NCBI GenBank assembly: GCA_035360515.1
Contig: DAOSAY010000002.1
Coordinates: 67,789-131,788 of the forward strand
Direction of reading: 5' to 3'
Source of the DNA: Bacteroidales bacterium
GTDB taxonomy: Bacteria; Bacteroidota; Bacteroidia; Bacteroidales; VadinHA17
Length of the DNA stretch: 64,000 bases
Position 1 is the first letter of the stretch. Every line of letters begins with the position of its first letter. The notes below the pieces were generated by a model. It searched no databases and was not told the DNA's origin. It was given only the letters and a program-made list of their open reading frames with translations. Below, one piece after another: positions 1 through 9,671 of this stretch. Made by a program: the position numbers and the translations under genes.

Positions 1-1
1 C

Positions 2-1006
2 TGGCTTTCTCCAGGACTTGAACTTAACGATCTTGGTTATATGAGAACAAGTGATGAAATAAACCAGGAAAATGAAATATCATATTTTGTTAACCAGCCA
101 GTATCAGTTTTCAGAACTTATACAATAACTCTTGAACAATTTAATTCATGGAATTTTGGTGGAATTTACCTGGGCTCGGGAAGCCATCTCTCATTTGAAT
201 CGGAATTTAAAAATAACCTGGCTTTAAGCACAAATTTTATAATTCATTCCGGTTCATCCGATCCTAGACTTCTAAGAGGAGGATCTGATTTCAAAGTTCC
301 TTATAGCGTAATGTCATTTGGCAAGATAAGAACAAACCCTGCAAAAAAGTTAATAATTTCTTTAAACTATGATTATAGTTATTCGGGACATGATTCCAGG
401 ACTAATTACGAAATCACCCCCGGTATTTCCCTGAGACCTTTTAATGCCCTCAGATTTGAAATGACTGCATCCTTCGGGAAGAACAAGGATGAGCTTCAAT
501 ACGTAACAACTTTGAATACAAATGAAGGTAAACGTTATATTCTCGGGACGATTGACCAGCAGACACTCAATCTGACTTTCAGGGTAGATCTTAATATTAC
601 ACCTGAATTTTCGGTTCAGTATTATGGTAGTCCATTTGTATCTAAGGGACGGTATTCAGAATTTAAAAAGGTTACAAACCCTCTGGCAAGAAATTATTCA
701 GACAGATTTTCTGTTTTTGAGAATCCTGTACTGTCAGGAAATATGTACTTCCTTGATGATAATGGTAATTTTATACCCGATTATTCAATAGAGAATCCCG
801 ATTTCAATTTTCATCAGTTCCGCTCCAACCTGGTTGCAAAATGGGAGTACAGGCTGGGATCATATATTTATCTTGTATGGTCGAGTGACCGTACAGGTTT
901 TATGGATCAGCCCGCTTCATCAATCGGTGAATCATTCCGCCAGCTATGGAAAGTATTTCCGAAAAATATCTTTCTAATAAAATTAAATTACTGGTTCTCT
1001 TTGTGA
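2..1006 (+). CDS. C-terminal part of a DUF5916-like outer-membrane / carbohydrate-binding-family protein (5' end outside the window)
   Basis: The frame of ORF 41..1006 stays open to the window edge; upstream in-frame codons read WLSPGLELNDLGY. The sequence is beta-strand-rich with an alternating pattern and ends ...KLNYWFSL. The family name is from memory of DUF5916 proteins. Confidence 0.5.
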   Translation, partial: WLSPGLELNDLGYMRTSDEINQENEISYFVNQPVSVFRTYTITLEQFNSWNFGGIYLGSGSHLSFESEFKNNLALSTNFIIHSGSSDPRLLRGGSDFKVPYSVMSFGKIRTNPAKKLIISLNYDYSYSGHDSRTNYEITPGISLRPFNALRFEMTASFGKNKDELQYVTTLNTNEGKRYILGTIDQQTLNLTFRVDLNITPEFSVQYYGSPFVSKGRYSEFKKVTNPLARNYSDRFSVFENPVLSGNMYFLDDNGNFIPDYSIENPDFNFHQFRSNLVAKWEYRLGSYIYLVWSSDRTGFMDQPASSIGESFRQLWKVFPKNIFLIKLNYWFSL

Positions 1007-1060
1007 TGCTACGGTTAAATAAAACTCAGGAGAGGTATAACTATTTATAATATAAAGAGA

Positions 1061-2392
1061 ATGGGAATGAAAAGGCTTGACATAGCTGCCAGAATTAATT
1101 TAATATTCCGTTCGCTCCGATACAGAAATTACAGGTTGTTTTTTGGAGGGCAGAGTATTTCGCTTATTGGTACATGGATGCAGCGGATAGCTTTGCCGTG
1201 GATGGTTTACCGTATGACTGGATCGGCATTTATGCTTGGATTGGTTGGTTTTGTTGGTCAGATTCCGACTTTTATACTTGCACCTGTTGCCGGGGTTGTA
1301 ACCGACCGGTTTCACAGGTACAGGGTTCTTATTATAACTCAAATAGTTTCGATGGCGCAGGCATCTGTGCTTGCATATCTGACCTTATCTGGTGATATCA
1401 AACTCTGGCATATAATTGTATTGAGTATTATCCTTGGTTGCGTAACCGCTTTTGATGTACCTTCAAGACATTCTTTTGTTGTGGATATGGTTGAGAAAAA
1501 GGAAGATCTGGGTAATGCAATAGCTCTTAATTCAATGATGTTCAACGGTGCACGTCTTATAGGTCCTTCAATTGCCGGTGTAATTCTGGCAGTGACCAGT
1601 GAGGGCATCTGTTTTTTATTGAATGCTATCAGTTTTATTTTCGTTATAGCTTCACTTTTAATGATGAAAGTGGATGGTAAAAAGAAATCTGCAACAAAAT
1701 CGGGATTATTTTCTGACTTGAAAGAAGGATTTCTTTACGCATTCGGTTTTGCTCCCATTAAGCATATCATTTTACTGCTGGCACTTGTAAGCCTAATGGG
1801 TACCTCCTATCAGGTACTTATGCCTGTATACGCCAAAGAAGTTTTAAAAGGAGGTTCTGAAATTTTTGGATTTCTGATGGGAGCCGCCGGACTCGGGGCA
1901 TTTCTTGCAGCTCTTTATCTTGCATCGCGTGAAACAGTTATTACACTTGGAAGAATAATTCCTCTGGCTACGGGGATAGCAGGTGCAGCTCTTACTATTA
2001 TTTCTCTTGAAGATCTTTTCTTCCTTACATTTTTCCTGATGGTTTTTGTCGGCCTTGGATTAATGCTTCACACAGTATCAAGCAATACAATTCTGCAAAC
2101 TATTACTGATGATGACAAAAGGGGCAGGATTATGAGCTTCTATACAATGTCAATAATGGGTATTGCACCTTTCGGAAGCTTGATTGCAGGCGCAATGGCA
2201 AAGGCACTTGGAACGCGTCTGACTTTATTGATTGGGGGTATTTCCTGCCTTGCAGGGGCATATTTTTTCTACCGCAAATTACCTTTGCTTAAAAAAATTG
2301 CCAGACCTAAATATGAAAAAATGGGCATGATACCTGAAATTGTGACTGGCATACAAATTGCTTCTGAACCAGATCTTAAAACTGAAGAATAA
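1061..2392 (+). CDS. MFS transporter (MFS_3 / EntS-like)
   Basis: 443-aa ORF with about 12 hydrophobic segments. The N-terminus YRNYRLFFGGQSISLIGTWMQ is typical of this MFS subfamily. Confidence 0.8.
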   Translation: MGMKRLDIAARINLIFRSLRYRNYRLFFGGQSISLIGTWMQRIALPWMVYRMTGSAFMLGLVGFVGQIPTFILAPVAGVVTDRFHRYRVLIITQIVSMAQASVLAYLTLSGDIKLWHIIVLSIILGCVTAFDVPSRHSFVVDMVEKKEDLGNAIALNSMMFNGARLIGPSIAGVILAVTSEGICFLLNAISFIFVIASLLMMKVDGKKKSATKSGLFSDLKEGFLYAFGFAPIKHIILLLALVSLMGTSYQVLMPVYAKEVLKGGSEIFGFLMGAAGLGAFLAALYLASRETVITLGRIIPLATGIAGAALTIISLEDLFFLTFFLMVFVGLGLMLHTVSSNTILQTITDDDKRGRIMSFYTMSIMGIAPFGSLIAGAMAKALGTRLTLLIGGISCLAGAYFFYRKLPLLKKIARPKYEKMGMIPEIVTGIQIASEPDLKTEE

Positions 2393-2453
2393 TTTTGAAG
2401 CAATAGGAATTGCAAACACTTTTATAAATTGGTTTGAGTTTTTCTCAGGATAT

Positions 2454-3596
2454 ATGAGTGAAGAATTAGATGACTTCCAGATTTTCGTAAAGCCAATCGG
2501 TGCAAAATGCAATCTGCATTGCAGTTATTGTTATTACCTGAACAAAGAGAACCTTTATGCTTCGGAAAGTTATAAAACTTTACCGGAGGATATTCTGGAA
2601 GAATATATCATTCAGCATTTTGAGGCCAGTTCGGGCACTGATGTTTTCTTTTCATGGCACGGAGGAGAACCATTGCTGGCGGGAATTGAATTTTATAGAA
2701 AAGCCATTGAACTGCAAAATAAACATAAACCTGAATCTTTTACGGTTTATAATGGTATCCAGACAAATGGTATTCTGTTGAATGATAAATGGTGCAGGTT
2801 TCTGGCTGGAAATGATTTTTACGTTGGTATCAGCCTCGATGGTCCTGCAGAATTTCACAATGCATTCAGAGTTTACAGAGACGGTAGGTCGTCTTTTGAT
2901 AAAGCCCTTGAAGGGTACAGATTATTGCAGCAATACAATATCAGAAATGAGATTCTATGTGTGGTCAGTTCAGTAAATGTAAGAAAGCCACTCGAAATTT
3001 ACAGATTCTTTAAAAGTCTTGGAGTAAGGTTCCTGACTTTCCTGCCTCTTGTTATCAGGGATATTTCAAAACCGGGACAAGTTTCTGACATTTCTGTACC
3101 GGCTGAGGAATTCGGGCAGTTTTTGTGTAAAATATTCGACGAATGGGTTTTGGAAGATATAGGGAGGATTAAGATACAGATTGTTGAGGAGGCTATCAGG
3201 CCTGCATTCGGGCAGGAGCATTCGCTTTGCATCTTTAAAAAAATCTGCGGGAGGGTTCCTGTTGTTGAGCTTAACGGAGACTTCTATTCCTGTGACCATT
3301 TTGTTGATCATGAACATCTTGTGGGAAATATTATGAAACAATCAGTTTCAGACCTCCTGAACTCGGATAAACAGAAAAATTTTGGAATGGCAAAACTGAT
3401 TACTCTTCCGGAATATTGCAGGCAATGCGATGTTAGAGAAATGTGTAATGGTGAGTGCCCTAAGAACAGATTTGTAACTGCTCCCGGAGGTGAACCCGGG
3501 CTAAATTACCTGTGTGCAGGTTACAGGATGTTCTTCAGGCACGTAAAGCCATTTGCCGAAGCTGTTGGGGCTGAATGGAGGCGTCGGAACAGGTAA
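2454..3596 (+). CDS. Anaerobic sulfatase-maturating enzyme-like radical SAM/SPASM protein
   Basis: Radical-SAM motif CNLHCSYCYY, GGEPLL motif, and C-terminal SPASM cysteine clusters (CDHF..., CRQCDVREMCNGECPKNR). The start was moved to ATG 2454 (MSEELDD) because the track start at 2358 overlaps the end of the MFS gene. Confidence 0.8.
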   Translation: MSEELDDFQIFVKPIGAKCNLHCSYCYYLNKENLYASESYKTLPEDILEEYIIQHFEASSGTDVFFSWHGGEPLLAGIEFYRKAIELQNKHKPESFTVYNGIQTNGILLNDKWCRFLAGNDFYVGISLDGPAEFHNAFRVYRDGRSSFDKALEGYRLLQQYNIRNEILCVVSSVNVRKPLEIYRFFKSLGVRFLTFLPLVIRDISKPGQVSDISVPAEEFGQFLCKIFDEWVLEDIGRIKIQIVEEAIRPAFGQEHSLCIFKKICGRVPVVELNGDFYSCDHFVDHEHLVGNIMKQSVSDLLNSDKQKNFGMAKLITLPEYCRQCDVREMCNGECPKNRFVTAPGGEPGLNYLCAGYRMFFRHVKPFAEAVGAEWRRRNR

Positions 3597-3599
3597 TAT

Positions 3600-4451
3600 C
3601 TATTTCAGTTTCTTTTTGAAGAACTCCACGGTTCGTTGCCATGCCAGTTTGGCTGCTTCTTCATTATATCTTGGACCTGTGTCGTTATTGAAAGCATGGC
3701 TTGTTCCGGGATACATATAAATATAATGTTCAATATTTGCCTTTTTCAGTGCCTGTTCGAAGTTCTGAATTCCTGCATTGATCCCCGGATCATTTTCGGC
3801 ATAGTGAGCCATTATGGCAGCTTTGATTTTCGGCACATCCTCAACTGCAGGCTGGCGTCCGTAATAAGGCACTGCAGCTTTCAGGGTGGGAGCATTTACA
3901 GCAACCTGGTTGGTCATAGCACCACCCCAGCAGAAACCGGTACACCCTACCTTGCCATTAGAATTGGGATGGGTTTCAAGGTATTTGACTGCTGCAACAA
4001 AGTTCTTAACCGTGTCATCGTTGTTGAGTTTCTTGAACAGCTCACCAACATTGCTAACGTCGTCGGGTGTTCCGCCAACCGGTGAAAGTGCATCGGGTGC
4101 GAGAGCCAGAAATCCTTCCTTCGCCATTCGCCTGGTCACATCCTGTATATGAGGCACCAGCCCCCTGTTTTCATGTATCACAATTACTGCAGGGTTTTTT
4201 CGGGGCTTAACCGGCCTGGCAAGGTAAGCCCTCATATCGCAATTGAATCCAGGATATTTTATGAATTCAGTTACCAGTCCGGGAAAATCCTGATATTCAG
4301 CCAGAGCAGTGTGCTCATCACCAAGTTCAGGGAGTATTGCTAGGGCGGCCGTAACGCTGCCAGTGTACAATATAAGCTTCCTCAGAAATTCCCGGCGCGA
4401 AGTTTCTCCGCGTTTGTATTCCTCATATAAAGACTTAATTTCTTTTTCCAT
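3600..4451 (-). CDS. Dienelactone hydrolase family protein with a twin-arginine signal
   Basis: Nucleophile elbow GFCWGG, an alpha/beta-hydrolase layout, and an N-terminal Tat motif SRREFLRK followed by a hydrophobic h-region. Confidence 0.8.
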   Translation of the reverse strand: MEKEIKSLYEEYKRGETSRREFLRKLILYTGSVTAALAILPELGDEHTALAEYQDFPGLVTEFIKYPGFNCDMRAYLARPVKPRKNPAVIVIHENRGLVPHIQDVTRRMAKEGFLALAPDALSPVGGTPDDVSNVGELFKKLNNDDTVKNFVAAVKYLETHPNSNGKVGCTGFCWGGAMTNQVAVNAPTLKAAVPYYGRQPAVEDVPKIKAAIMAHYAENDPGINAGIQNFEQALKKANIEHYIYMYPGTSHAFNNDTGPRYNEEAAKLAWQRTVEFFKKKLK

Positions 4452-4646
4452 AACCTTAAATTTTTAAATATTGGTACAAAATTCCATATTGAATTAAAAC
4501 ATTGTTAAAATATTAAATAAATGGAACATGATGAAATTTTTAATATATTTTAAATATTTTTTCTGTCAGAATAAATTTTATTATCTTGGAAAGTACGTTG
4601 AAACAATTCTTATTAAATAACCCGTTAAATAATTATTTTGTAAAAT

Positions 4647-4997
4647 ATGCCGAAAAGTGTACTCAAAATTCATGCAAGCAATACTGATAAAATAGGCAAT
4701 GAGCTTTTATATGAGCATATTGTTTATCTGGCAAAGGAGAAGGGAATAGCTGGAGTAACAGTATACAGGGGAATTATGGGTTATGGCCTGAGTTCAAAGG
4801 CTGTGACTTCTACAAAGTTCTGGGAACTGACTGAGAAACTTCCAGTTATGATTGAAATAATTGACGAAGCAGATAAACTGGAGGAGTTTTTCAAGCTCAT
4901 TGAACCGGAACTGATCAGGATGCCCAAAGGGTGCCTGGTTACCATCGAACCGGTAACAGTATTGCTTCATAAGCCAGGAAGTAAAGCACAGTATTAA
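4647..4997 (+). CDS. DUF190 (COG1993, PII-like) protein
   Basis: 116 aa with the YRGIMGYG motif typical of DUF190. Its stop codon is 2 nt before the nrfH ATG. Confidence 0.6.
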   Translation: MPKSVLKIHASNTDKIGNELLYEHIVYLAKEKGIAGVTVYRGIMGYGLSSKAVTSTKFWELTEKLPVMIEIIDEADKLEEFFKLIEPELIRMPKGCLVTIEPVTVLLHKPGSKAQY

Positions 4998-4999
4998 GA

Positions 5000-5578
5000 A
5001 TGAGTTCATTCATAAAATTTCTTCCTTCCGGTCCGTGGAGATTGCCTGTAATAGTGTTGTCGGGTATTTTCTCTGGTATTGTAATATTTTCTGTTTATGT
5101 ATCGGAAGCTTTTTCATATCTGGGAGACAAGCCGCAGACCTGTGTCAATTGCCATATAATGGCTCCGCAATATGCAACATGGTTTCACAGTTCGCACAGG
5201 GAAAAGACAAACTGCAACGACTGTCATGTTCCGCACAATAATGTTTTCAGTAAATACTTTTTCAAGGCAAAAGACGGCTTACGGCATGCTACAGTTTTTA
5301 CCCTGCGGAAGGAGCCTCAGGTTATATTTATAAAGGAAGCTGGAAGCAGAGTGGTTCAGAATAATTGCATAAGATGTCATTCAGAGTTGATTAAAGATTC
5401 GAGGTTGTCGGTTTATAGCGCTGAATTATGGAGAATTCGAACGGAGCGCAATTGCAGGGATTGTCACAGGGAGACACCACACGGAAGGGTGAACAGCCTG
5501 TCGAGTGTTCCCGATGCACGGGTTCCTCTGCCTCCTTCTCCTGTGCCTGAATGGTTGAAAGCCATGATTAATAACTAA
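5000..5578 (+). CDS. nrfH: Cytochrome c nitrite reductase small (membrane tetraheme, NapC/NirT-type) subunit NrfH
   Basis: N-terminal TM helix plus four CxxCH motifs (CVNCH, CNDCH, CIRCH, CRDCH). It lies directly upstream of nrfA. Confidence 0.9.
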   Translation: MSSFIKFLPSGPWRLPVIVLSGIFSGIVIFSVYVSEAFSYLGDKPQTCVNCHIMAPQYATWFHSSHREKTNCNDCHVPHNNVFSKYFFKAKDGLRHATVFTLRKEPQVIFIKEAGSRVVQNNCIRCHSELIKDSRLSVYSAELWRIRTERNCRDCHRETPHGRVNSLSSVPDARVPLPPSPVPEWLKAMINN

Positions 5579-5588
5579 TAATATATTT

Positions 5589-7070
5589 ATGAATATTAAT
5601 GAATTACTGAAGAAGAAGTCATGGCTGGGCTGGGTATTGTTTTTAATAACTGTAGTGGCAGTATTCTTTCTTGGGTTGCTGGCATCGTCAATTATTGAAA
5701 GAAGGAGCGAAGCAGTTTTTGCTTATGCTCCACAAATAACATTTCCCCCCAATGAACCTGATAATTCGAAATGGGGAGAGATATTTCCGAGGGAGTATAA
5801 TTCATATTTAAAGACTTCGGATACTTCTTTTCGCAGCAGATATAACGGAAGCGCATCAATTGACATGCTTGAGACTAACCCTGAGATGGTTATTCTTTGG
5901 GCTGGGTATTCATTTTCGAAGGATTACCGGCAGGGAAGGGGACATTATTACTCTGTTACAGATATACGTCAGACTCTCCGTACAGGTACACCTGTAAATG
6001 ATGTTCCTTCTCCAGCGCCCAATACATGCTGGACATGCAAAAGCTCGAACGTACCAGGGATTATTGAAGAGGAAGGAGCTGCCGGTTTCTACAGGGGAAC
6101 ATGGGAAAAGAGGGGGAAACAGATTATAAATCCAATAGGATGTGCCGATTGTCATGATTCAAAAACCATGAATCTGAGAATTTCAAGGCAGGCACTGCTG
6201 GAAGCATATAAAGCAGCAGGAAAGGATATCGGCAAGGTATCTTTTCAGGAAATGAGGAGTCTGGTATGCGCACAGTGCCATGTAGAGTACTATTTCAATA
6301 AGAATATTGTTGAGGGGGTTGATTACCTTGTCTTTCCTTGGAAAAACGGATTGACTGCCGAAGATATTGAACGATATTACGATGAGCTTCGTTTTACAGA
6401 TTGGACACATGCTTTAAGTCGTGCCCCGATGCTTAAAGCACAGCATCCCGATTATGAGGTTTATATGACTGGCACCCATGCCTCAAGAGGAGTATCCTGT
6501 GCCGACTGCCACATGCCTTTTATAAGTGAGGGAGGGCAGAAATTTACTGACCATCATATACAGAGCCCGCTCAACAATGTTGCAAATTCATGTCAGGTTT
6601 GTCACAGGGAGGAAACCGAACGGCTGGTGAATGATGTTTATCTGCGGCAGGACAAAATAATGGAAAGCCGCAAAATACTGGAAGGCCTTCTGGTTAAATG
6701 TCATTTTGAGGCAAAGGCAGCCTGGGATAAAGGTGCAAAGGAAGATCAGATGAAAGAGATTCTCAATGATATTAGACGAGCACAATGGCGCTGGGATTTT
6801 GCAACGGCAGGTCATGGCAATTCTTTTCACTCCCCACTTGAGACATTAAGGTTAATAACAAGCGGAATATCAATTGCTTCTGAGGCCAGGCTGAAACTAT
6901 CAAAGGTACTTGTTTCTCTGGGATATACCGGGGAAGTAAAAGTGCCGGATATTTCTGAAAAAGCAAAAGCACAGAGGCTTATTGGATTGGATATTGAAAA
7001 ATTAACAGAAGAAAAATCGGAATTCCTGAAAAAGGTTGTGCCGGTCTGGAACAAATCAGAAGCAAACTAA
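5589..7070 (+). CDS. nrfA: Pentaheme cytochrome c552 nitrite reductase NrfA
   Basis: Diagnostic CxxCK active-site heme motif (CWTCK) plus four CxxCH motifs (CADCH, CAQCH, CADCH, CQVCH). There is an N-terminal anchor or signal helix. Confidence 0.95.
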   Translation: MNINELLKKKSWLGWVLFLITVVAVFFLGLLASSIIERRSEAVFAYAPQITFPPNEPDNSKWGEIFPREYNSYLKTSDTSFRSRYNGSASIDMLETNPEMVILWAGYSFSKDYRQGRGHYYSVTDIRQTLRTGTPVNDVPSPAPNTCWTCKSSNVPGIIEEEGAAGFYRGTWEKRGKQIINPIGCADCHDSKTMNLRISRQALLEAYKAAGKDIGKVSFQEMRSLVCAQCHVEYYFNKNIVEGVDYLVFPWKNGLTAEDIERYYDELRFTDWTHALSRAPMLKAQHPDYEVYMTGTHASRGVSCADCHMPFISEGGQKFTDHHIQSPLNNVANSCQVCHREETERLVNDVYLRQDKIMESRKILEGLLVKCHFEAKAAWDKGAKEDQMKEILNDIRRAQWRWDFATAGHGNSFHSPLETLRLITSGISIASEARLKLSKVLVSLGYTGEVKVPDISEKAKAQRLIGLDIEKLTEEKSEFLKKVVPVWNKSEAN

Positions 7071-7079
7071 GTAAATAGC

Positions 7080-7586
7080 TCAATAAAGCTCATTTTTTAA
7101 CTGGTTAACCCACCTGATAATCCTCTCTTTGTTTTTTGAAGCCTGATTTTCAAAATCGAGAGGTAGTCCCATAAATTTATCACCTCTGAGTGCAAGTGAT
7201 TTTTCGAAGTTATATTCATCTGCAGGAACAAAACCTACCAGTTCAGCACCCCTTTCTTCCAGAAGTCGGCCAAGAATACCAATACCGTCAACAAAGTTCT
7301 CAGGATAGTTTTTCTGGTCGCCCGGTCCGAATATTGCAACTCTGAGTCCATTCAAATCAAGTTCCTCAAGTTCCGGAACAAACTCATCCCAGTAATTCGG
7401 AAGTTCTCCATCGAACCATGTAGGAACACCGAGGATCAGATTTTTGTACTGAAGAAATTTCTCTCCGGTAATATCTTCGGCATTTATCATTTCAATATTT
7501 TTATCTGAAAAATTTTCATAAATGAGTCTGGCTGCCTGTGCGGTTTTTGCCGTGTTAAAACTGTATATGATAGCAGTCTTTTCCAT
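7080..7586 (-). CDS. Long-chain flavodoxin
   Basis: 168 aa with the FldA-like block GVPTWFDGELPNYWDEF...VAIFGPGDQKNYPENF. The N-terminal phosphate loop is divergent (YSFNTAKT). Confidence 0.8.
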   Translation of the reverse strand: MEKTAIIYSFNTAKTAQAARLIYENFSDKNIEMINAEDITGEKFLQYKNLILGVPTWFDGELPNYWDEFVPELEELDLNGLRVAIFGPGDQKNYPENFVDGIGILGRLLEERGAELVGFVPADEYNFEKSLALRGDKFMGLPLDFENQASKNKERIIRWVNQLKNELY

Positions 7587-7600
7587 AGTTTATTGAGAAA

Positions 7601-9643
7601 TTAATATTTTAACAAATCAATAGCTGCCCGGTATATTTTATCAGTATCTGGTAAAATGGTTTTTTCAAGTATTTTGTTGAATCCAACAGGTGTAAAGAGT
7701 GAGCCCACTCTTACAACAGGACCATCGAGGTATTCAAATGCCTTTTCTGATATCAATGCGGCTATTTCTCCACCGAAACCACCAAATACTTTATCTTCAT
7801 GGACTACAAGAATTTTCCCTGTTTTCTTTACTGTTTCCATGATAGCCTCTTCGTCAAGTGGATTAAGAGATCTCAGATCGAGGACACGCGTTGTAAAGCC
7901 ATGTTCCTTTCTGAGTCGTTCAGCTGCTTCGAGGCAGAATATTGTTGTGTTGCCGTATGATATCATTCCAATATCATCACCTTCCATTCTGATTCTAGCC
8001 TTGCCGAACGGTACTTCAAAATCATCGGGTACAGGAGTAGCGGCCCGGATGTCGTTGTAAAGAGCTTTCGGTTCAAGAAAAACCGTTGTGCCTCTCGACC
8101 TAATTGATGTGCGCAACAGCCCTGCTGCATCGTCAGCAAATGACGGATATACCACACGAATTCCTGGAAAAGTTGTCAATGCTCCTTCAATGGTTTGCGA
8201 GTGGTAAAGTCCTCCTCCAATGTAACCTCCTGATGCAAGACGGATTGTTATGTTTGGTGAAAATTTACCATTTGATCTCCAGTAATCATGAGAAGTATCT
8301 ACAAGCTGTTCCATAGCAGGCCAGAAATAGTCGGCAAACTCAGCACCTTCAATTACTATTCTTATCCTGTCGCTGAAACGGCTCATACCGTTAGCCGTCC
8401 CAACAATGAAATCTTCAGCAATGGGAGCATTGAAAACCCTTTCTTTACCAAACTCTTTCTGCATCCCTTTTGTCACATTAAATATCCCTCCTTTTTCCTT
8501 GTTTGCTATGTCCTGCCCCCAGATATAAGTATCCGGATTATGACGAAATTCCGCCTTAAGAGTTTCATTGAGTGCTTCGATAAGTTTTTTTGGTTCTCCC
8601 TTGAAGTCATGTGTTCCGTCGGGATATTTGGATGCGGGATAGGGCTCGGGAATGACAAAATTGAATACGGATGATGGTTCAGGGTCAGGAGCACTCATGG
8701 CTTCCCTGTGTGCCTGTTTGATAATCTCTTTTGTCTCACTTTCTATATCTTCCAGCTCTTCAGCTGTGAATCTTTTATATCTCAGAAGAAGACGCTTGAA
8801 TTTTGCGAGAGGGTCATATTCGGCAACATAATTTCTTTCGTTTTCATCACGGTACAATTCATGCCGATCAGAATTGGAGTGTGAATGAATGCGTACGCAG
8901 TTGGCATGAACGATAGCAGGGTTACCGGTGGATTTCACATATTCTTTTGCTTCGGACATCACATTCATTGAATCAAAGACGTCTTTCCCGTTGCAGAAGA
9001 AGAGGCGGAGGTTTTTAAAACCGGAAAAATTGTTTGCCACTTTACGGTTGGCAGTCTGGTCGCTTTTTGGTACGGAAATTCCGTATCCGTTATCCTGTAT
9101 TACGAAGATGACGGGAAGCTGTTCACGCGATGCCCCATTTATCGCTTCATAGACGTAGCCTTCCGATACAGCCGATTCTCCCATTGAACATATTGCGACA
9201 CCGTCGGCGCGATATTTCCTTATTGCGCGTGCAACACCAACAGCATGAAGTGCATGGTTGCCTGTACATGATGAAACATTCTGAATATTCCATTCAGGTT
9301 TTGCAAAGTGGTTTGACATGTGCCGTCCGCCACTGGCAGGGTCGGTTGCCTTTGAAATCCCGTTAAGAATAATCTCGGTTGCTGTCAGCCCTGCCGACAG
9401 GTTAGTAAGCATATCCCTGTAGTACGGGAAAAGGAAATCTTTATTTTTCTCAAAAACCTGCCCTATGGCAAGCTGAATACCATCATGTCCCGCATAGGGT
9501 GCATGATATGACCAGCCGATAGACTGCTTCAGATAATTTGGTGCCCTCTCGTCAAGAGCTCTGCCAAGAGTCATCAGTCTGTACCACCTTTCAAGTACTG
9601 ATTTATCGGTCGTCTTGATGTGATATTTTTTGTTTGCTGACAT
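7601..9643 (-). CDS. 2-oxoacid (branched-chain-type) dehydrogenase E1 component, fused alpha/beta subunits
   Basis: About 680 aa, with a TPP-binding alpha part at the N-terminus and a transketolase-like beta part at the C-terminus. The start was set at ATG 9643 (MSANKKY) because the track start at 9703 overlaps the E2 stop at 9672. Confidence 0.85.
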   Translation of the reverse strand: MSANKKYHIKTTDKSVLERWYRLMTLGRALDERAPNYLKQSIGWSYHAPYAGHDGIQLAIGQVFEKNKDFLFPYYRDMLTNLSAGLTATEIILNGISKATDPASGGRHMSNHFAKPEWNIQNVSSCTGNHALHAVGVARAIRKYRADGVAICSMGESAVSEGYVYEAINGASREQLPVIFVIQDNGYGISVPKSDQTANRKVANNFSGFKNLRLFFCNGKDVFDSMNVMSEAKEYVKSTGNPAIVHANCVRIHSHSNSDRHELYRDENERNYVAEYDPLAKFKRLLLRYKRFTAEELEDIESETKEIIKQAHREAMSAPDPEPSSVFNFVIPEPYPASKYPDGTHDFKGEPKKLIEALNETLKAEFRHNPDTYIWGQDIANKEKGGIFNVTKGMQKEFGKERVFNAPIAEDFIVGTANGMSRFSDRIRIVIEGAEFADYFWPAMEQLVDTSHDYWRSNGKFSPNITIRLASGGYIGGGLYHSQTIEGALTTFPGIRVVYPSFADDAAGLLRTSIRSRGTTVFLEPKALYNDIRAATPVPDDFEVPFGKARIRMEGDDIGMISYGNTTIFCLEAAERLRKEHGFTTRVLDLRSLNPLDEEAIMETVKKTGKILVVHEDKVFGGFGGEIAALISEKAFEYLDGPVVRVGSLFTPVGFNKILEKTILPDTDKIYRAAIDLLKY

Positions 9644-9671
9644 AATTGTAAATTTTAATTTAATAACACCT

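Noticed and set aside
2358-2453. N-terminal extensions offered by the ORF track, here and at 9644..9703, 26749..26775, 39250..39315, 42147..42368, 45230..45343 and 30538..30591
   Set aside because: The extensions overlap the upstream gene or a structured spacer and lack family-conserved sequence. Internal ATGs give canonical N-termini or signal peptides.
2454-3596. anSME-like gene without an adjacent sulfatase
   Set aside because: Sulfatase genes are often dispersed in Bacteroidota and served by one maturase. This is not informative within one window.
4462-4558. 11-bp direct repeat TTTTAAATATT (4462..4472 and 4548..4558) upstream of the DUF190-nrfHA operon
   Set aside because: It is pure A/T low-complexity sequence in a very AT-rich spacer, so it is expected by chance.
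7071-7079. Absence of heme-lyase or ccs genes after nrfA as an anomaly
   Set aside because: The CxxCK heme needs a dedicated lyase, but that gene can be encoded elsewhere. A single 64-kb window cannot show absence from the genome.
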